From IMG/VR virus record IMGVR_UViG_3300040801_000976, positions 64,787 to 128,786 of that record: a DNA stretch of 64,000 bases, one strand, 5' to 3'. Shown here one piece after another: positions 12,201 to 24,800 of this stretch. Below the pieces are notes generated by a model. It was not told where the DNA came from. It saw nothing but the letters and a program-made list of their open reading frames with translations, and ran no database searches. The stretch's first letter is position 1. Each line of letters begins with the position of its first letter. Origin of the DNA: a virus. Position numbers and translations under genes: made by a program.

Positions 12201-15200
12201 AAGTTACGCAACAAAAATCTTTAGAGAGTAAAAGAAATTATAGTTCTCACCTTTACGACAATGTTCCGTCTGCAGAAAATTTTAAGCCTGAATTCTATAG
12301 TGCATTGGGTTTAGGACCTAGTGGTACATCAGGCATGAGAGATTATAAATATCATGTGGTTAGTTATGAATTTGCTACACAAAACAGGGTTCAGGCATTT
12401 AATCATGTTATAGTAGCCGAAAATAAAAATGGAGAAAAGTTTATAATAGGAACATTAGGAAAAAGAGCTAACTACGATCCTAACGGTGATATAGCTAAAT
12501 GGATGGATGCAAGAGAAGAGAAGTTAAAGTTAATAACCGAAGCCTACGCTAACGATGAAGAAGTTAATGTTGACGAAGTACTAACTCCTAGCGAGAGAGT
12601 GTCTTTTAGTGAAATGCGTAACGACTTTATGTTACCGGATTCCGGTAGAAGAGGATCTAAATTTAACAAACAAAATAGATTCTTCATCTACAACGAAGTA
12701 CCTAACGGCGCTAATATAATAGATGGTGTAACGGTAGGTAACACTGACTCAGGTAATAGTGTAATACTTAATTTAGCAAAGCAAATTGACGAAGTTAGAG
12801 CGGAATTACCAAATATAGACAAACTGTCTGCTGGGGAATTTGTAAAAAGTAAGCTCGACGACGCAGACACAGTAAATAGAATTGATTCTTTTAAAGAGAA
12901 GGGTAAATTTATACCTGTAAAAGATATAGTTAGTACAGATACTAAACAAAGAATTAATCCGTTCGAAATCATAAACGGTAATATGTTTTATTCTATAGGT
13001 GGTTATGACATATTAGGTATCAAACTACGAAGAGGAACTGTATATTTTGCTAAATCAACAAAGGCCTGGGTTCCAGTGCTAGGATTAAATACCACGGACA
13101 ACACGCTAATACTGGATAACGAATCCTTAAAGCCGGGTGCTAACTACGACGCGGAGTTTACTAAAATCTCTAATTCATTAAGAAATTTACGTGTAGATAA
13201 AAACTTTCAAAAGAAATTTTCTGATAGTACTTTTTCTGAAAGAGTAGCATCGTTGATGGGATATAAAACAACTATATTCTCAGAAATAAGTAATAAAAAT
13301 AATTTAAAAAAAGAATTACGTAGAATATCAACAGAAAATACAACAAACACGTTTTTTGGTAATTCTAGGTTAACACTAAAAACAGCTATTAAGTTATGGA
13401 ATAAAACAGGAGCGCCTTACTCTATTTCTAAGCCTTATGTTATAATGAGAGGAGAGAATGCTGGTAAATCTATGATATTTTATTCGTTTGATAGATCTAA
13501 AAATTTACTGGATATGTCAGAGGATGCTATTATGAGTGAATATAACGCGATGTTGGATAATATGAAAAACAATCCTACAGCGATGACTTCCAATAGAAAT
13601 AATCTAGGTTATATATTACTGGACTCTAAACCAACTACAATTCAAGAACTAAATGAATTGTATCTAGGTGTGAGTAATAAAGGTATAACAGATAAATTTA
13701 ATAAAGTTGTTATAAGAGGTAATGCCGAAAGTAGATTAATATCATTACTGGCTCATTTACATATAGCGATAAATAGACCTACTTCTACTTCTAAAGTATA
13801 TCAATTACTAGAAGATGTGGACGATAACATCAATAAAGATGCGGTCTATTCCTGGGTAAAATCTAAAGGAGATTCTCAACTTAAGGATATTAGTACAGTT
13901 TTGCGTTCTATATTTCAGGATGAAAATCTTGGGAAAATAGCCATGACTAATACAGATGAAGCCTTAAATAATTTTATAGAAGATATTAAGAAGTATAAGG
14001 ATAATAGACAAATGTTAGATTCAATTTATGATTCTTATTATTCTGTTAATGCAACACAAGAATTATTAGATCGTTATGGTATAAATAAAAATAACATGAC
14101 AGATTTACTAATAACTGGTGGGGAAGGTTCGGTAGGTAAAATTGTATTGAACAAACATGGCGTACCTGCGGTATATGGAACAGAATCTACTGTAATAAAA
14201 TACATTCCTAGTTCTTTGGTTAATAGTTTAAGTCAAGGTGAAAAATCTTCTATAACACCTTCGTTGGATCTATTGAAAATGTTCACTTTAATACATTCTA
14301 CTTCTCTTACAGAGGATAGTAAGAATAATATCTTTGAACAGTTAGATGAGATTATGCCAAATATTGATGGTTTAGGTAAAGGCTTAATGGTATCACCGCT
14401 TGCTGTCGACAATAAAAATCCTATATCTAGAGCGATAACATCAACAAAACAACCTTTAAGTGAGATGTTGACAACTAATGTAAAGCAGATAAAGGAACCT
14501 AGTATAGTGTTTGATGTACATACAGAACTTGATTCAATATCAACTCCTCGAAAACAATTTAGAGTTGCCGAGGAAAAAAGTTCGGAAAATAAGAATTTAT
14601 CTGAAACCACCTATGAAGATAGAATTAAATCTTCAGACCTTAGAGAACTAAGTAGAATACAGAAAGAAGTAAATAAAGATAACTCATTGTCTTCTGATGA
14701 AAAATTAAATATATCCTTAAAGATAAAAGAGAGAGTAAAGAGTTTGAGGGGAGAAGGTTCGTCTGTTTTTGATTTTAGAAAAATGTCTTTAGTAGAATTT
14801 GTTGGTGATACAGTAACTCCGGAAGTAAAAGTTGTACTGGAACAGTTTGATAAATTACGACCAGTAATTAAAAATAAAGAAGAGTTAGATAATATTTGGG
14901 TACAGGGATTAATTACTACACTTAATAATCAACTAAACTCACAGATAAGTAAGTATATATCGAATATACAACAATCGTCTGGAGAAATGGTACAACTATC
15001 AGACATCCAGGTGGTCGAGGCTGCTAAAACAATAGTTGAAAATAACGAATCTATACCCAAATTAGATATTGAAGGGTTTGATGTGTCATCGTTAGAACTT
15101 AAATGGGATACTAATCAGGACAACATGGGAAATAGATTGGCTATGTTATTGTCATGGTCTGTAGCAGAGGGTGATGAGAAAGCTAAACTTAGAGATATGC

Positions 15201-15793
15201 TTTTAACTAATCCTAATGACCCAGAACTAATAGATCGTCGTCGGATAATGGACGAAGAAGTATTGTTCTCAGATGTCTTACAGGCAAATGTTGAAGATAG
15301 AGTAAATTTATTAAGACAGTATTTTTCAAATGTCATAAATAATTACTATAATATAACTAGTCAAGCCAACGCAATTTCCATGATAAGAGAGGTATTAGAA
15401 ACAGTACCAGATAGTTATGTGGGAAAAGCCGAATTAACCAAAGATATTACTGATTATTACAAAAATACTATTGTAGAGTCTCTAAGACCTACTTTTGCGG
15501 AGAGAGCTAGTTCTTTGTTTGCAAACAACCAGGATTTTGTGGATAATGTGGATAAAGATATACAAAATTTAGTTATTAAAGAGGTAGTTCCTTTGATAGA
15601 ATCTATGCAAAATGTAGATCAGTACCTGGAGTTTTTACAGCAAGGTACTCCATCAGATCCTACTAAACTAAATATGAATCACATAACTGCACAAAGTGAA
15701 TTTTCAGATTTATTAAACGAAAGTTTGAGGATTCCAAACGAAGCAAAAGACAAGATACTGGAGGCTATAGATATAATGGTAGCATGTAAATAA
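6251..15793 (+). CDS. giant virion ejection protein (3180 aa) with N-terminal hydrophobic Gly-rich helices and a central SF1 helicase-like P-loop domain
   Basis: Walker A GAQGTGKT (10472-10495), ILFASNSESQA, FYDEIAD, LGDTAQ, KGSEAD, IGRAH in SF1 motif order; hydrophobic segments such as SVMSVLGGAMGGAMARGLF; adjacent to the vRNAP as in crAss-like phages. Confidence 0.75.
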   Translation: MSDNIDKNINEDLTQQENNIEVVEQEVKDDVKQVDETKELSFFDKVIQAKTKPTETSYLPGKEDFKKELEERAGRELEDEEVDEAYKHISDYYNELAREELENAQVFSSFDYMFEGAEDDVNFVDEGDYQPTLDVTVETNSGAKRILDTWTDPTRSVRKGSILSKKWIDHNGEVRELNTDLFDGMVGNKEFANDEGKNIIGYTYLPSDPYARGTGLVKAFYEGEEPDGEVVSRWDANGRFLNGNDLDFSTWKVPIASTFNFAVNLVDTALALSENVSVIATHGGVTDTEFYKDLRDVRNKLQSFNVSKSDWDQQKMFTVNNMVDLGINVGLQLLTARGLATAFGKILGASAKSVKKLSAMQQTLQQTTDPVKKKALRSSIDKLTATIQKAGKGSQRSTLFMLGAMAAKDASQEAKHAGFTDLESAYIYAASLGGMMWVNQLSNLGFERVGLNRASKITNNISKRIFNENTAAKVVKNPKSLKGLVSKYSDDLIKKYKEATSKTGYASHMLSEATEEEAELLMQEVVNHTANLYSALGYREEDRPKFKTVFDEGYWGEFMTESVMSVLGGAMGGAMARGLFIPKSELNKIKESELPVTGKEADAFKRVAYMSTRTQEGAQWEDMMMTKMKDKREKGLFGREDISTLWDKELGRYKRMTELTEEESEKYFSQAETAYRASMAQYQYYKLVFANESGKFEDIVKNNPNFAHLTESQQLQDATMDKIQRKSEILNSADLGTMEIDTLITKLSDTKNKLKKDEDGKVDDAKYQEELTEVSGATKLSVKDVEELVEINQFQKDVSSGAILENAFIDLQLTSENYRDVFSPETFRMLIESDSEAQDSYQESKLLLKELQDKMSESFDKVSEEGGLTDEQKSILLSGKAVLNPDTKERLLEVVRNTGVPLVERKKAAAMHVLNSMKTNGLLQNEEKYYGQQLNFLANLEKTVNTDPSALPQTIEGMLDKIPPDYEVYPFTQNEEVEAVKLAYANKTLKKIATAKSESELSDILYDEKDVTAANYAADYATPDFPFAGTSLEGEPLMFNESPNAAPIYDAVGFSEDAKEKAQLLDAINNTQSVENADENRPDALFDFDDSNPNKIKYLTSSLEEKYLSLTGGEENPRTFANLSGAKKLADKLRMRIKQLHFLVENVPALLTIQQINEEQFGELRDDLTYFTKHLNKIVDTKAIRENDAYKSQYLLNLVQQQVSLIKLLEKTERLTKLAENSSVDLQKAYFGDAVSYASDSIESVSAVFLRDGGQAVIQSNPALEGIEDLTIGLNYEDTDQINVKKLFDSLYEIRRKLQKARVDNPKFVDELVTHLSDKKGTDKSLINTILLTLSPSDYIFSRMRSVYDEAIKAADSVEKLEALQLPTISQLRLAEEAVTASTTSFLYYANILRGSKTKMLPIAVFSGAQGTGKTQVVGKDAAKYAQEVLYKLEQDKASNKLPKILFASNSESQAKNLRVSAEKGDVVSGSLEGKKDVTQEDLWNLFVGSDLSVKDIADKLTDIGAIFYDEIADVEFDASTAGVKKGFDNPKEAFVLNAILAKLSQVNDYRKSLKQEALVLIGLGDTAQGGYMEGSPSPRNPDGKEQLTGRVFSVTDPTTSVYKGSVELKHPFRYRVGELIKAPKEILEKLDPRMRLDSKEMQPVTFNYNFEEGTFTGVKKSNTWNDIINDEDLAQSIRTKLGAPNSGGNFTILVVTGKHSYDGVVDSNSALGKLLKEYEGDERILLRGFYNVKGSEADYVLVNMPKDHFIHSKEEVESPDFASPEQLTNRLRIMASVIGRAHTFTNIAVTGDYPIHSNKSTTTIIPVNETNEFKRAWSEMLSGAILSNYDVIPESVIPNIEVGKESDKSGFDTSVTDEEGIAGVSDPYTSSATESTEYANSVARELGIEELTEDNVIAARELAKELEDSSTGTDKDNAGSLKVLLNNIFSVIKNENEGEVISFDDSDPIGNNSSFQNMSDKKIMQEIEKQEGKILFFGQLGQEVTQQKSLESKRNYSSHLYDNVPSAENFKPEFYSALGLGPSGTSGMRDYKYHVVSYEFATQNRVQAFNHVIVAENKNGEKFIIGTLGKRANYDPNGDIAKWMDAREEKLKLITEAYANDEEVNVDEVLTPSERVSFSEMRNDFMLPDSGRRGSKFNKQNRFFIYNEVPNGANIIDGVTVGNTDSGNSVILNLAKQIDEVRAELPNIDKLSAGEFVKSKLDDADTVNRIDSFKEKGKFIPVKDIVSTDTKQRINPFEIINGNMFYSIGGYDILGIKLRRGTVYFAKSTKAWVPVLGLNTTDNTLILDNESLKPGANYDAEFTKISNSLRNLRVDKNFQKKFSDSTFSERVASLMGYKTTIFSEISNKNNLKKELRRISTENTTNTFFGNSRLTLKTAIKLWNKTGAPYSISKPYVIMRGENAGKSMIFYSFDRSKNLLDMSEDAIMSEYNAMLDNMKNNPTAMTSNRNNLGYILLDSKPTTIQELNELYLGVSNKGITDKFNKVVIRGNAESRLISLLAHLHIAINRPTSTSKVYQLLEDVDDNINKDAVYSWVKSKGDSQLKDISTVLRSIFQDENLGKIAMTNTDEALNNFIEDIKKYKDNRQMLDSIYDSYYSVNATQELLDRYGINKNNMTDLLITGGEGSVGKIVLNKHGVPAVYGTESTVIKYIPSSLVNSLSQGEKSSITPSLDLLKMFTLIHSTSLTEDSKNNIFEQLDEIMPNIDGLGKGLMVSPLAVDNKNPISRAITSTKQPLSEMLTTNVKQIKEPSIVFDVHTELDSISTPRKQFRVAEEKSSENKNLSETTYEDRIKSSDLRELSRIQKEVNKDNSLSSDEKLNISLKIKERVKSLRGEGSSVFDFRKMSLVEFVGDTVTPEVKVVLEQFDKLRPVIKNKEELDNIWVQGLITTLNNQLNSQISKYISNIQQSSGEMVQLSDIQVVEAAKTIVENNESIPKLDIEGFDVSSLELKWDTNQDNMGNRLAMLLSWSVAEGDEKAKLRDMLLTNPNDPELIDRRRIMDEEVLFSDVLQANVEDRVNLLRQYFSNVINNYYNITSQANAISMIREVLETVPDSYVGKAELTKDITDYYKNTIVESLRPTFAERASSLFANNQDFVDNVDKDIQNLVIKEVVPLIESMQNVDQYLEFLQQGTPSDPTKLNMNHITAQSEFSDLLNESLRIPNEAKDKILEAIDIMVACK

Positions 15794-15828
15794 TCTAGGA
15801 TTAACATATTAAAAAAAATAAGAGAAAG

Positions 15829-18800
15829 ATGAAAAGAAAGATCAGTTGTGTTCCAACACTTTCGTCTATTTCTCAAAGAATGGTTAATAGCATTAAAAAA
15901 GGAAAAGGTATGGCTCCTAGTGAGTTATACCTTTTTGTTGTTAAAGATGTTATGCCAACTATTCTAGGAGAACAAGATGTCCGTAAAGAATTAGATAATA
16001 TTGCCAAAGGTGAGTTTAACAGTAACTTGGGTGAGTTGCTCATGGGAATTGGTATGTCTATAAACCAGATAGCCAAACTTAGTAATGATAAGTCGCAGAC
16101 TGTAAGTACTACGGATATGATTTCTATCTGGAGAGATACATCAACCAAACTATTAGCCAACTTAGAACCAACTCCGGGTAGTGGTGTATCTAATATCAGT
16201 TTAGACGAAAACACTACTCAAGAATTAACAAGCGACGATGAAGTAGAGGCACCCTCTAAAGTAGATACTGAAGATATTCCTGGGGAAATTTCTATAAGGA
16301 AACCTTTAGGGTCTAAAAATATAAACGAAGTGTTAGACCACTACCTGGTAGGAGATCTACGTAAAATACCTGATAGTTTACAATCATTCTTCCAAAGTAT
16401 GATAAGTAAAGTTTGGTTAAGTGGAGATAATCAGACTAATTTCACTAGCGAGGCTATAAAAGCAAAATTGAGAGATAGTCTAAATGCTGTTGTACGGAAT
16501 TATTATTCCGGCAATGCGGTAGAAATGATCACATCTTCTATTGTTAGTCGTAAAAATTTTATCTCTACAGACAACCTAAATACCTTGATATTTAACGCAG
16601 AGTCAGCAATACCTTCCGATAGTAAACTTGTACATGAAGATGTAGATTTTGGTATTAAATATTATACTAACTCTAGTATATTAGGTACCGATAATATGCC
16701 TATGTTACTTGTAGTAGGTGAGGATCCTACTATGATGTTGGAACAATTCCTGACAAACGAAGAATTATTTGGTGAAAGAGCTGGTAATAATACTGTTATA
16801 CCAGAATCGCTACAAGATGGTATAGATAGAAAATATAGTTCGATAGATAGAGAAACAGTTCAAGATAATTACTACATACCAGAGGTTAGAAATACTTATT
16901 TCGCACAGATTATTAACAACGAGTTAGATACTTTTATTAGGTCTTACGCACCAATGTTAGATAGTACCTATAAAGAAATATTTAGAACTTCGTTTGGTGA
17001 TATACAATCTTTTGGTAGTAGTATGGCAAACAAACTTACAAAAATCAACATTTCTACCACACCTTTATTATATAAAGGTAGAGAAGCTAAGGATGTTAAA
17101 TCTTCCCTAGGGTCATTAAAGTCAGAATTATCTAAGTCCTCTAATTATTACGGAACACTAGCTAACTCTTCTTTACTATCAGAACTGGATACTAACGGTA
17201 ATAAAATGATTTCAGTTAGGTTAGATAATAAAGAATACAGCGGTGTTATGTTGGATCTAGGACCTAAAAATCTTATCGTAGTCAATGACGGAAACTCCTG
17301 GTTAGTACCTATATCTAATGTTGATGGAGATGTAAGTATGGTACAAGCTCAGGAATTATTTAGGGATAGTAGTAACATTGATATGTTCTATGAAGCAGCT
17401 GTCATATCCGCTGTAGATTTTTTAAATAGAAATGCCACGGATATTGAAGGATTACGAAATAATACTACAGAAGCTAAATTCGATAAAAGTACATTTTTCA
17501 ATATTATCAAAAATACCAACACACCTCTAACAGAAGATGTGGATAATATTAATCTATTTTCAAATGAGGGAGGGAGAAAGTTTTTACAAGAGTCTGACTT
17601 AGAAATAGCTTCTGAAGTATTTCAATTTTTACCTGGTAATATAGCTGACGCGTCTAGGTACCTGGCTAGAATAGCATCTGATACAAGCTCGGTGTACAAA
17701 GATATAGCTAGGTCATTATACTATAGATTTTTTAAAAAAGGTAAATACTTAGTAACTTCTATAAACCCAGAAACCGGTAGACTGGAGACCACAGAACAAA
17801 TGTCTATGTATGAAAGATATCATAGATTTAATGATACAGTGGCGCGAAATTCATTAATCTCGCTAATGGTTCAGTTAAGATCCTCGTCGTTAGATAATAA
17901 AGCAATGGTTCAAGATAACGAATTCATCGTTACAAATGTACAAAAAGGAACCACATTACAATCACTTATCTCCGAAATAGAAAATTCAAATACAGAATAT
18001 TTTGCAGGTAAACGTGTAACACCAGACAAGGTATATGAAAACTTTACTGTAAAGGAATTAAGAGGTAATGAGTATGCTATAGAGTTTTATAGATTTAGTA
18101 GTAAATCTTCTCCAGATATTAAATTTTATATCAAAGACTTGGGTACCAATAACGACGGTAGAGCTAAAGGAAATAAATTTGAGGTTGTTGAAAAAGATGA
18201 CTCAAGTTCACTGAACCTTGAAAATATCGGTATATTATCGGGGTTTATGGGTTTACCAGCATTTTTATCTAACAAAAACTTCTACAACCAACTATATGAT
18301 GACTCCGTTACCGGAAATGATGTAAGTAATTTCTTCGCTAATGTAATAGCACTAAAATTAGCAAACGGGAATAAATTGTTAGGTAATAAAAATTATACAA
18401 GTTCTGGTGCTTCAAAACTAGCCCTAGTAAGATCAGAAGGTGACATCAAACATACTTTCGCCAACAACATGTATGGTTATACTAATTTATTAGATACTAC
18501 CATAGAGAAAGTCCTAGGTAACTCCAAAAGAGCCTATATAATGAGTCCTGAGGGTCATAAATTGTCCGTATCCATAATTACTAACAAAGCTAAGTCGAAG
18601 CAGGAGTTGGTGGACCAGGTAAAGGATAATAAACTGTCTGAGTCAAATTTATATCGACATAGCGAGTTTGCTACTGGTGATATGAGGTTAACCAATAACG
18701 GTGTTACTAAAAACGGTATTCGTGTAGGTGTTGACGGAAAAGGTAACGCAAAGCTGGATAGTTTAGAACACGTTATCTACTTGATGGAAAACGCATACTT

Positions 18801-21800
18801 GGCTCATGCAGAAAAACGTAATTTTTTAGAGTATCTATCCCAAGCGGGTACAATGTCAGATAGAACAACTGTGAATTTAGATGGTGTATCGTTTGAAAGT
18901 ATGCAAGCATTGCCGGTAAAAGAAGGTAAGTTAGATGAGGAATTACTGAGGAAGAAATTTTTTGAAGTACAACGAAATTCACAAAAAGGAATAAATGAGT
19001 CATTGTTAAACGGATGGAATGGATTTATTCGGAAAATTAAATCCGGTGAAATTGTAATGAATTCTGGTAATATAAAGCTATTACCTAACTCATTTACATC
19101 CATAAGTTCTTTATACAACACATTAGAAAAGGTTAAATTTGATCGTAATGAAGTACTAAAAAAATCTGGTTTAACAGACAAATCTTTTATTGACGATTCT
19201 AAAAAAATAGCTAATATAAGATATAGTATTATAATGATGGATAATGTAATTTCTTCGCAGGGCGATGGACTACGATCTTTATTTCTAGATACTTATCTAA
19301 ATACATTTAAACAGTATCTAAAAGACGTAGAGTATAAAATAAGTCCAAAAGCAGTTAGTATATTAGCTAATAGATTTCCATCAGCACTAAGTTCATCCAA
19401 TGGATTTGAACACAATAGGGTTATTGCGCAAGAAATACTTACAAGATCTTTCTTTTATCAAGATACTATAGCAGAACAAAATCTTATTAGTATACTCAGT
19501 GGTAATGTATTTCAATATAAATCAAAAATACCTAGTGTATTTGAAAAACTTAACGCTAAGAATTTTAAAAGCGATATAGATAAATTACGATGGTTAGGGG
19601 AGCAAAAAGGTTATGAAAATAAATCTATAGTCGAATCGACGTTCGCTGAATTAGAGAAGTTAGGTTCAGAAGGTAATAGATTAGGCTTCATAAAATCAAT
19701 ATTAGACTCTAATTTATCTGATAAGCAAAAGCTTTCTTTATTATATTTCGACGATCTATATACACAAATAACTCCAATGTACGTCGACCGTGTTAAACGT
19801 AACCAAGGTTCTGGTACTAGCTTTCAAAACTACGTTTTTGCTGCAGATAATTCTTCGGGATTTTTAATAGATAAAACTAGTAAAGAAATATTGGTAAAAG
19901 ATCCAGAAACAGTAGTAAAATTATTGGGTAGTGGTTCGTTGTCGCAGGATATTTATGATGCTGTTCAAATGGCACACCCACTATTTTTTTACAAACATAA
20001 CATGTCTTTAGGAGATAAATTCTCTAACTTTAGATCTAGGAGCATTATTAAAGATGTCAATGCTTCTAATTTTGAAGATACATCGGAGTACTTGTTACAG
20101 AAAAAAGCTACTTTTCCTATGTTTAATTGGGAATTTATTTTTAGAGGTACACCTGAACATAATAACTTATTCTCATTAATGAATTCTCGTATTAAACTGG
20201 ATATAGACGGATTGTTTTTGGATGAAAACCCATTATTGCCATTTCCAAACTTTGGTACAACTATTTCAGAAGAAGTACTACTTAATCACGGTGAGTATTT
20301 AGGAGAATTACTTGTAGATGGAAATAAAACTACAGCATCAGAACTATTATACTTACACAACAATAATGAAATAGATTTAAGTACTTTAGATATAAAGTCG
20401 AATAAGGTATATAAGACAGGCTTTTATACATTACAAGATATTTATAACTACTATGGTGGTGCGCAAGGTGATTTGGATGCTTATAACTCAGCTGATAATA
20501 AAACTGCTTTTATAGAAGAATTTCCTTTTGGTTGGACGTGGTTTAAAATAGGTGAAATAATTACTAATTACCGAGGTGTAGAAAATAATTATCCTATAAG
20601 AAATAGTTACATTTCTAAATTAGGATTTACATCTCAATCTAAAACTGGTAGTAGAAATATAAATGAGGAAACTATTCTATCGGATAAATTGTCTAAATAT
20701 GATGAAGTAGAATACGCGGAAATACCAAATAGATTTTCTGGTCCTGTTCTTGACGCAGAGCATGAGCCGGACACGACCGCTGAACTTAGTATGTCAGAAG
20801 AAGCACAAAACAATATGGTTTCAATGATAACTCAGGTTATGTCAGCTTCTATTGCACAAGGAGAATCGTTTAATGAGGTGGAGGCTATGTTTGGTGCACT
20901 AGGTACATTAAGTGATCTTCAGTTAAATATAATAAATGAAAAACTATCTGATTATGAAGCATCATCATCTTCGCTAAATAAACTTTCTGACTCAGTGAGA
21001 CGCTATGCTTTGGAGTTAGCTCAAGAAACCATGACTACTAGAAAAGATCCTGGTTCAACGTCTGCTTTCTTAGGATTAGGCACCGAAAGATTAGATAAGA
21101 TTTCATTTGATTTAAAACAAATTTTACCACTAGTGCGACAATCTTTAAATGCACATTTAAATAGTCAGACTGTTAGGTTTAAAATGAAGGGTGGTCAATA
21201 CATTGTCTCTCCTTCCCACGATCAGATTAAAACTTATAGCTTTGGTAAGTCCACAAATCTGTTCAGAAGTTCTATGAACTCTGGTAATAACGATGTAAAC
21301 TCTATGATAGTTGATGCAGTTAAAACAGATACATTACCAAACGGATGGGAATTAAACACAGTAACAAGTTTAGATCAGTTCGATAGATACCATACTAATA
21401 CAGACACAGTGTTTATTCGAGAAGATAAAGAATCTGTTTCCGACCTAGTACCTGTAAAAGTATCGGAACTATTAAAAGACAAATCAAATTTAATATCTCT
21501 AATAGAAAATGGTTTAATATCATCTGCCTGGGTAAACCCAGACCCGGGTAATACAGTTTCTGCTAAAGCACGTTCTATTGAAGGTAATACACTTTCGTGG
21601 TTAAATTATTTTAAAGATGGTAAAAATATATATAACACTGATGAGTATTATAGTTATTACTTAGCAGGTAAAGCACCTTTATATTTATCTAATCTAAAAG
21701 AAAACACTAAAAATAATGCGGAATATTTATCTAAAGCTAGAAAGTTCTTTAGTGACGAAACAGAGGGTTCCGGTGTTCCGAAATTATTGTGGGCAAGGTA

Positions 21801-24800
21801 TTATTATAATTCTTTAAATAAAAATAATACATTATCCTTATCTCCATTATTACCCGAAAGTAGTATAAATAAAGCTTATGAATCTTTTGATATAAATAAC
21901 GAGGAACAGTTTTTAAAATTTTTAAATTATATAAAAAGACAAAAATCTGACCCAAGATTTTTTACAAACCAGTTTAAATCACAACTTCAATCACAACTTG
22001 AAAACGGAAACTGGCGTGCTAAAGAAGCAGAATTCTATATGCCTCCTATGCATCAGTCCGCTTTTTTAATAGATTACGGGGATTCAATACAAGATATAAT
22101 TGGTACTCAAGAACAACCAGATGTAGAAAGGGTCCGTGATAATTTATCTGAAGAAGAAATTAACATAATTACTAATAGATTTAATTCCTCTGAAGCACAA
22201 TCCATAAAAGATAAATTGAAAAATACTACTTTTTTACGGTTAAAGGAGGAACAGAACCAGCATATGTTAGATTATTTCTTAGCTAAAATTAATAACTTAG
22301 AGAAATTATCGCGTAAAAGTAGTCTTAAAGAATCGGAGAAAGAAAGTTTAATGCGTAGGTCCCCGTTATTTTTATTACAAAATTCAGTGCGTAATAAAGA
22401 TACTTTAAGTAAAGCTGTAGATAAATTACTAACCAAAGAAGTGGTGCTGGCTAATAGTTCTAATACAAAAGACCTAATTACACTAAAACAAGAGTTAATA
22501 AACAATAGAGGTAGTGCTTCGGAAATACTAGATGATGCCTTATTATCTTTTAAGGAAAAATGGTCCGCTACTCTAGCTAATAACTTTGAAAAAAGTTTGA
22601 CTTTTATAACTGCACGAATTCCTGCACAAGGTAAACAATCTTATACTGTAGGAAAAATAAAGAATTTTATTTATTCGACCAGAAATGCGATATATGGTCC
22701 TCTAGAGATGTTAACCGTAACTGGCGCAGACTATGATATAGACAAACAAAATAATATGGCATGGGATGTAGACGACCACGGTACCGTTATTGATTGGACA
22801 CCTTATCTTGATAAAAGTGGTAAGATTAATGCTGTTAAGATTAATAATGTAATTAATAAATCTACTAGTGAATTTAGGGAACAATTAGAACAATTAGGTT
22901 TAACAGATATAGATAATAGAGTATCTGCTTTTAAAAAGAATAAAATAAACTTTATATCGAGAGCAGTACAAAACTTTGTGGTAGATAGATTAATGAAAGG
23001 TGCTTTAGACCCAGTAAATGGTATCGAAGCAGCTACAGCAGTATCTATGCGTAAGTTAGGTGTTATAAAAGAAGTGATGGATAGTTTTAATTTTGAAAAT
23101 TTAGGTATAGATAAATATAAATTAACTACTACTGATGGTAAATATAATTTTTCTGAAAGTTTAGTTAAAGCTATTCAAAAAAGACAACATGCCTTACCGT
23201 TCTCCCCCAGCACTAAAATGATTTACGAAAGAGTAAATATGGATGGTAAAACCGGCGTCGGTATTTATGCTTCAGCACTGAAAGCTTATTTAGCAACCTA
23301 TTATGCTTGGTTAAAGAACAATAGTATCACTAATTATAATTCTACTTTGACTAATAGGTACACTATGGATGATATATTAAACGCTAGCGAGAAAGAATTA
23401 CAGTCAATACATGATGCTATCGTTGACGAGGATACTGATAGAACTTGGATAACTTTTACCAATAAATTTGCTCCTAGTATAAATAGGGATGCTAAGAAAA
23501 TACCAAAAGGTACAAAAACTGATTTATCTTTGGATAATAATGCTTTACATTTTATATGGAAAGATCCTGAAACTGGGTTATTTGAGATAAAATCAGATAT
23601 TTATTCTTTAGCTAATACTGGTAAACACATGCCTTCTGTAGGAAAAACATTATCTAAGATAAAAACTCAGAGAGCTAAAGAAGTTTATAAAAGAATTGGT
23701 TTTGCAGACGAACAAGAGCAGGTAGCTTTATTATCCAAATATATGGATGATTTAAATTTGTTAGATAATTACAATACAGAATCACAGGCTTGGGAAGACT
23801 TATCCGAATTATTATCAGCGGCCACAGATAATGCTAAAGAACTTATACTAGGCAAAATTGGATCTAATGCCACAACCAGTTCGATTATATCTGTTATGGT
23901 TGTTTTAGGAATAGATTTACAAAACGCTTTACTATTAATTAATGACACTAAAATAAAAGATATTGTTAGTTTAGTAGAACAAAAATCTAGATTGTTAGGA
24001 GTCAAAGACTCTTATATACCAGCTTTATCTAAACTATTAGAGAATAAGATAGATAAATATAAGCCAAACGAAGAGTTGTCTGACGAAAAAATAGAACAGT
24101 TAGTGAGGAAATCTGCTACCGCAAATACACCTGAAAAAGAAATTAACGCGCGTATTGAGAAGCAAAAAGTTCTTCGTAAACACTATAATCCTTATGAACA
24201 ATTTATGTTCTTTACCAAAGCAGCAGATGAATTAACTAAACTAAGTAGAATACTATCAATAAACCAAGGCTTACCAAATAGTGAATTTGAAGTATTTAAC
24301 TATATCAGAAATGTAGAAGATGCTATAGGAGCACCAATTGAAGAGTTTGTGGGAGATTCTAATATGTCAGCAGCAGATATTGATGCTAAAAGATTAGAGA
24401 TAATAAAAAAATACGACGTTACAAAAACTGTATTTAATATTCCTTATATTTTATTAAAAAATGAACATTATTTTTCGTATATCAAAAGTTTATTAAAAAG
24501 CAATAATATATTAAAAAATCTATCTTATACAGTAAGATTAGTATATAATGACTTAAATACCAACTTACCTGTAGACAAAACTTCTGTGACAAAAAGCGAG
24601 TTTACTAACTATATAAATACATTAACTGATTTTGTTATCTCTAAATTTTACAAATCTCCATCAGTAAATAGTATTGTAAATTTAGGTAAATATGGTTCTT
24701 ATGACTTATCCAAGGTTTCTTCTGGCGATACTGATATAAAAGGTAGACAAGAATTTATAAAAGAATTTCCTGATATATTAAATAATATTAAAAAATCTTC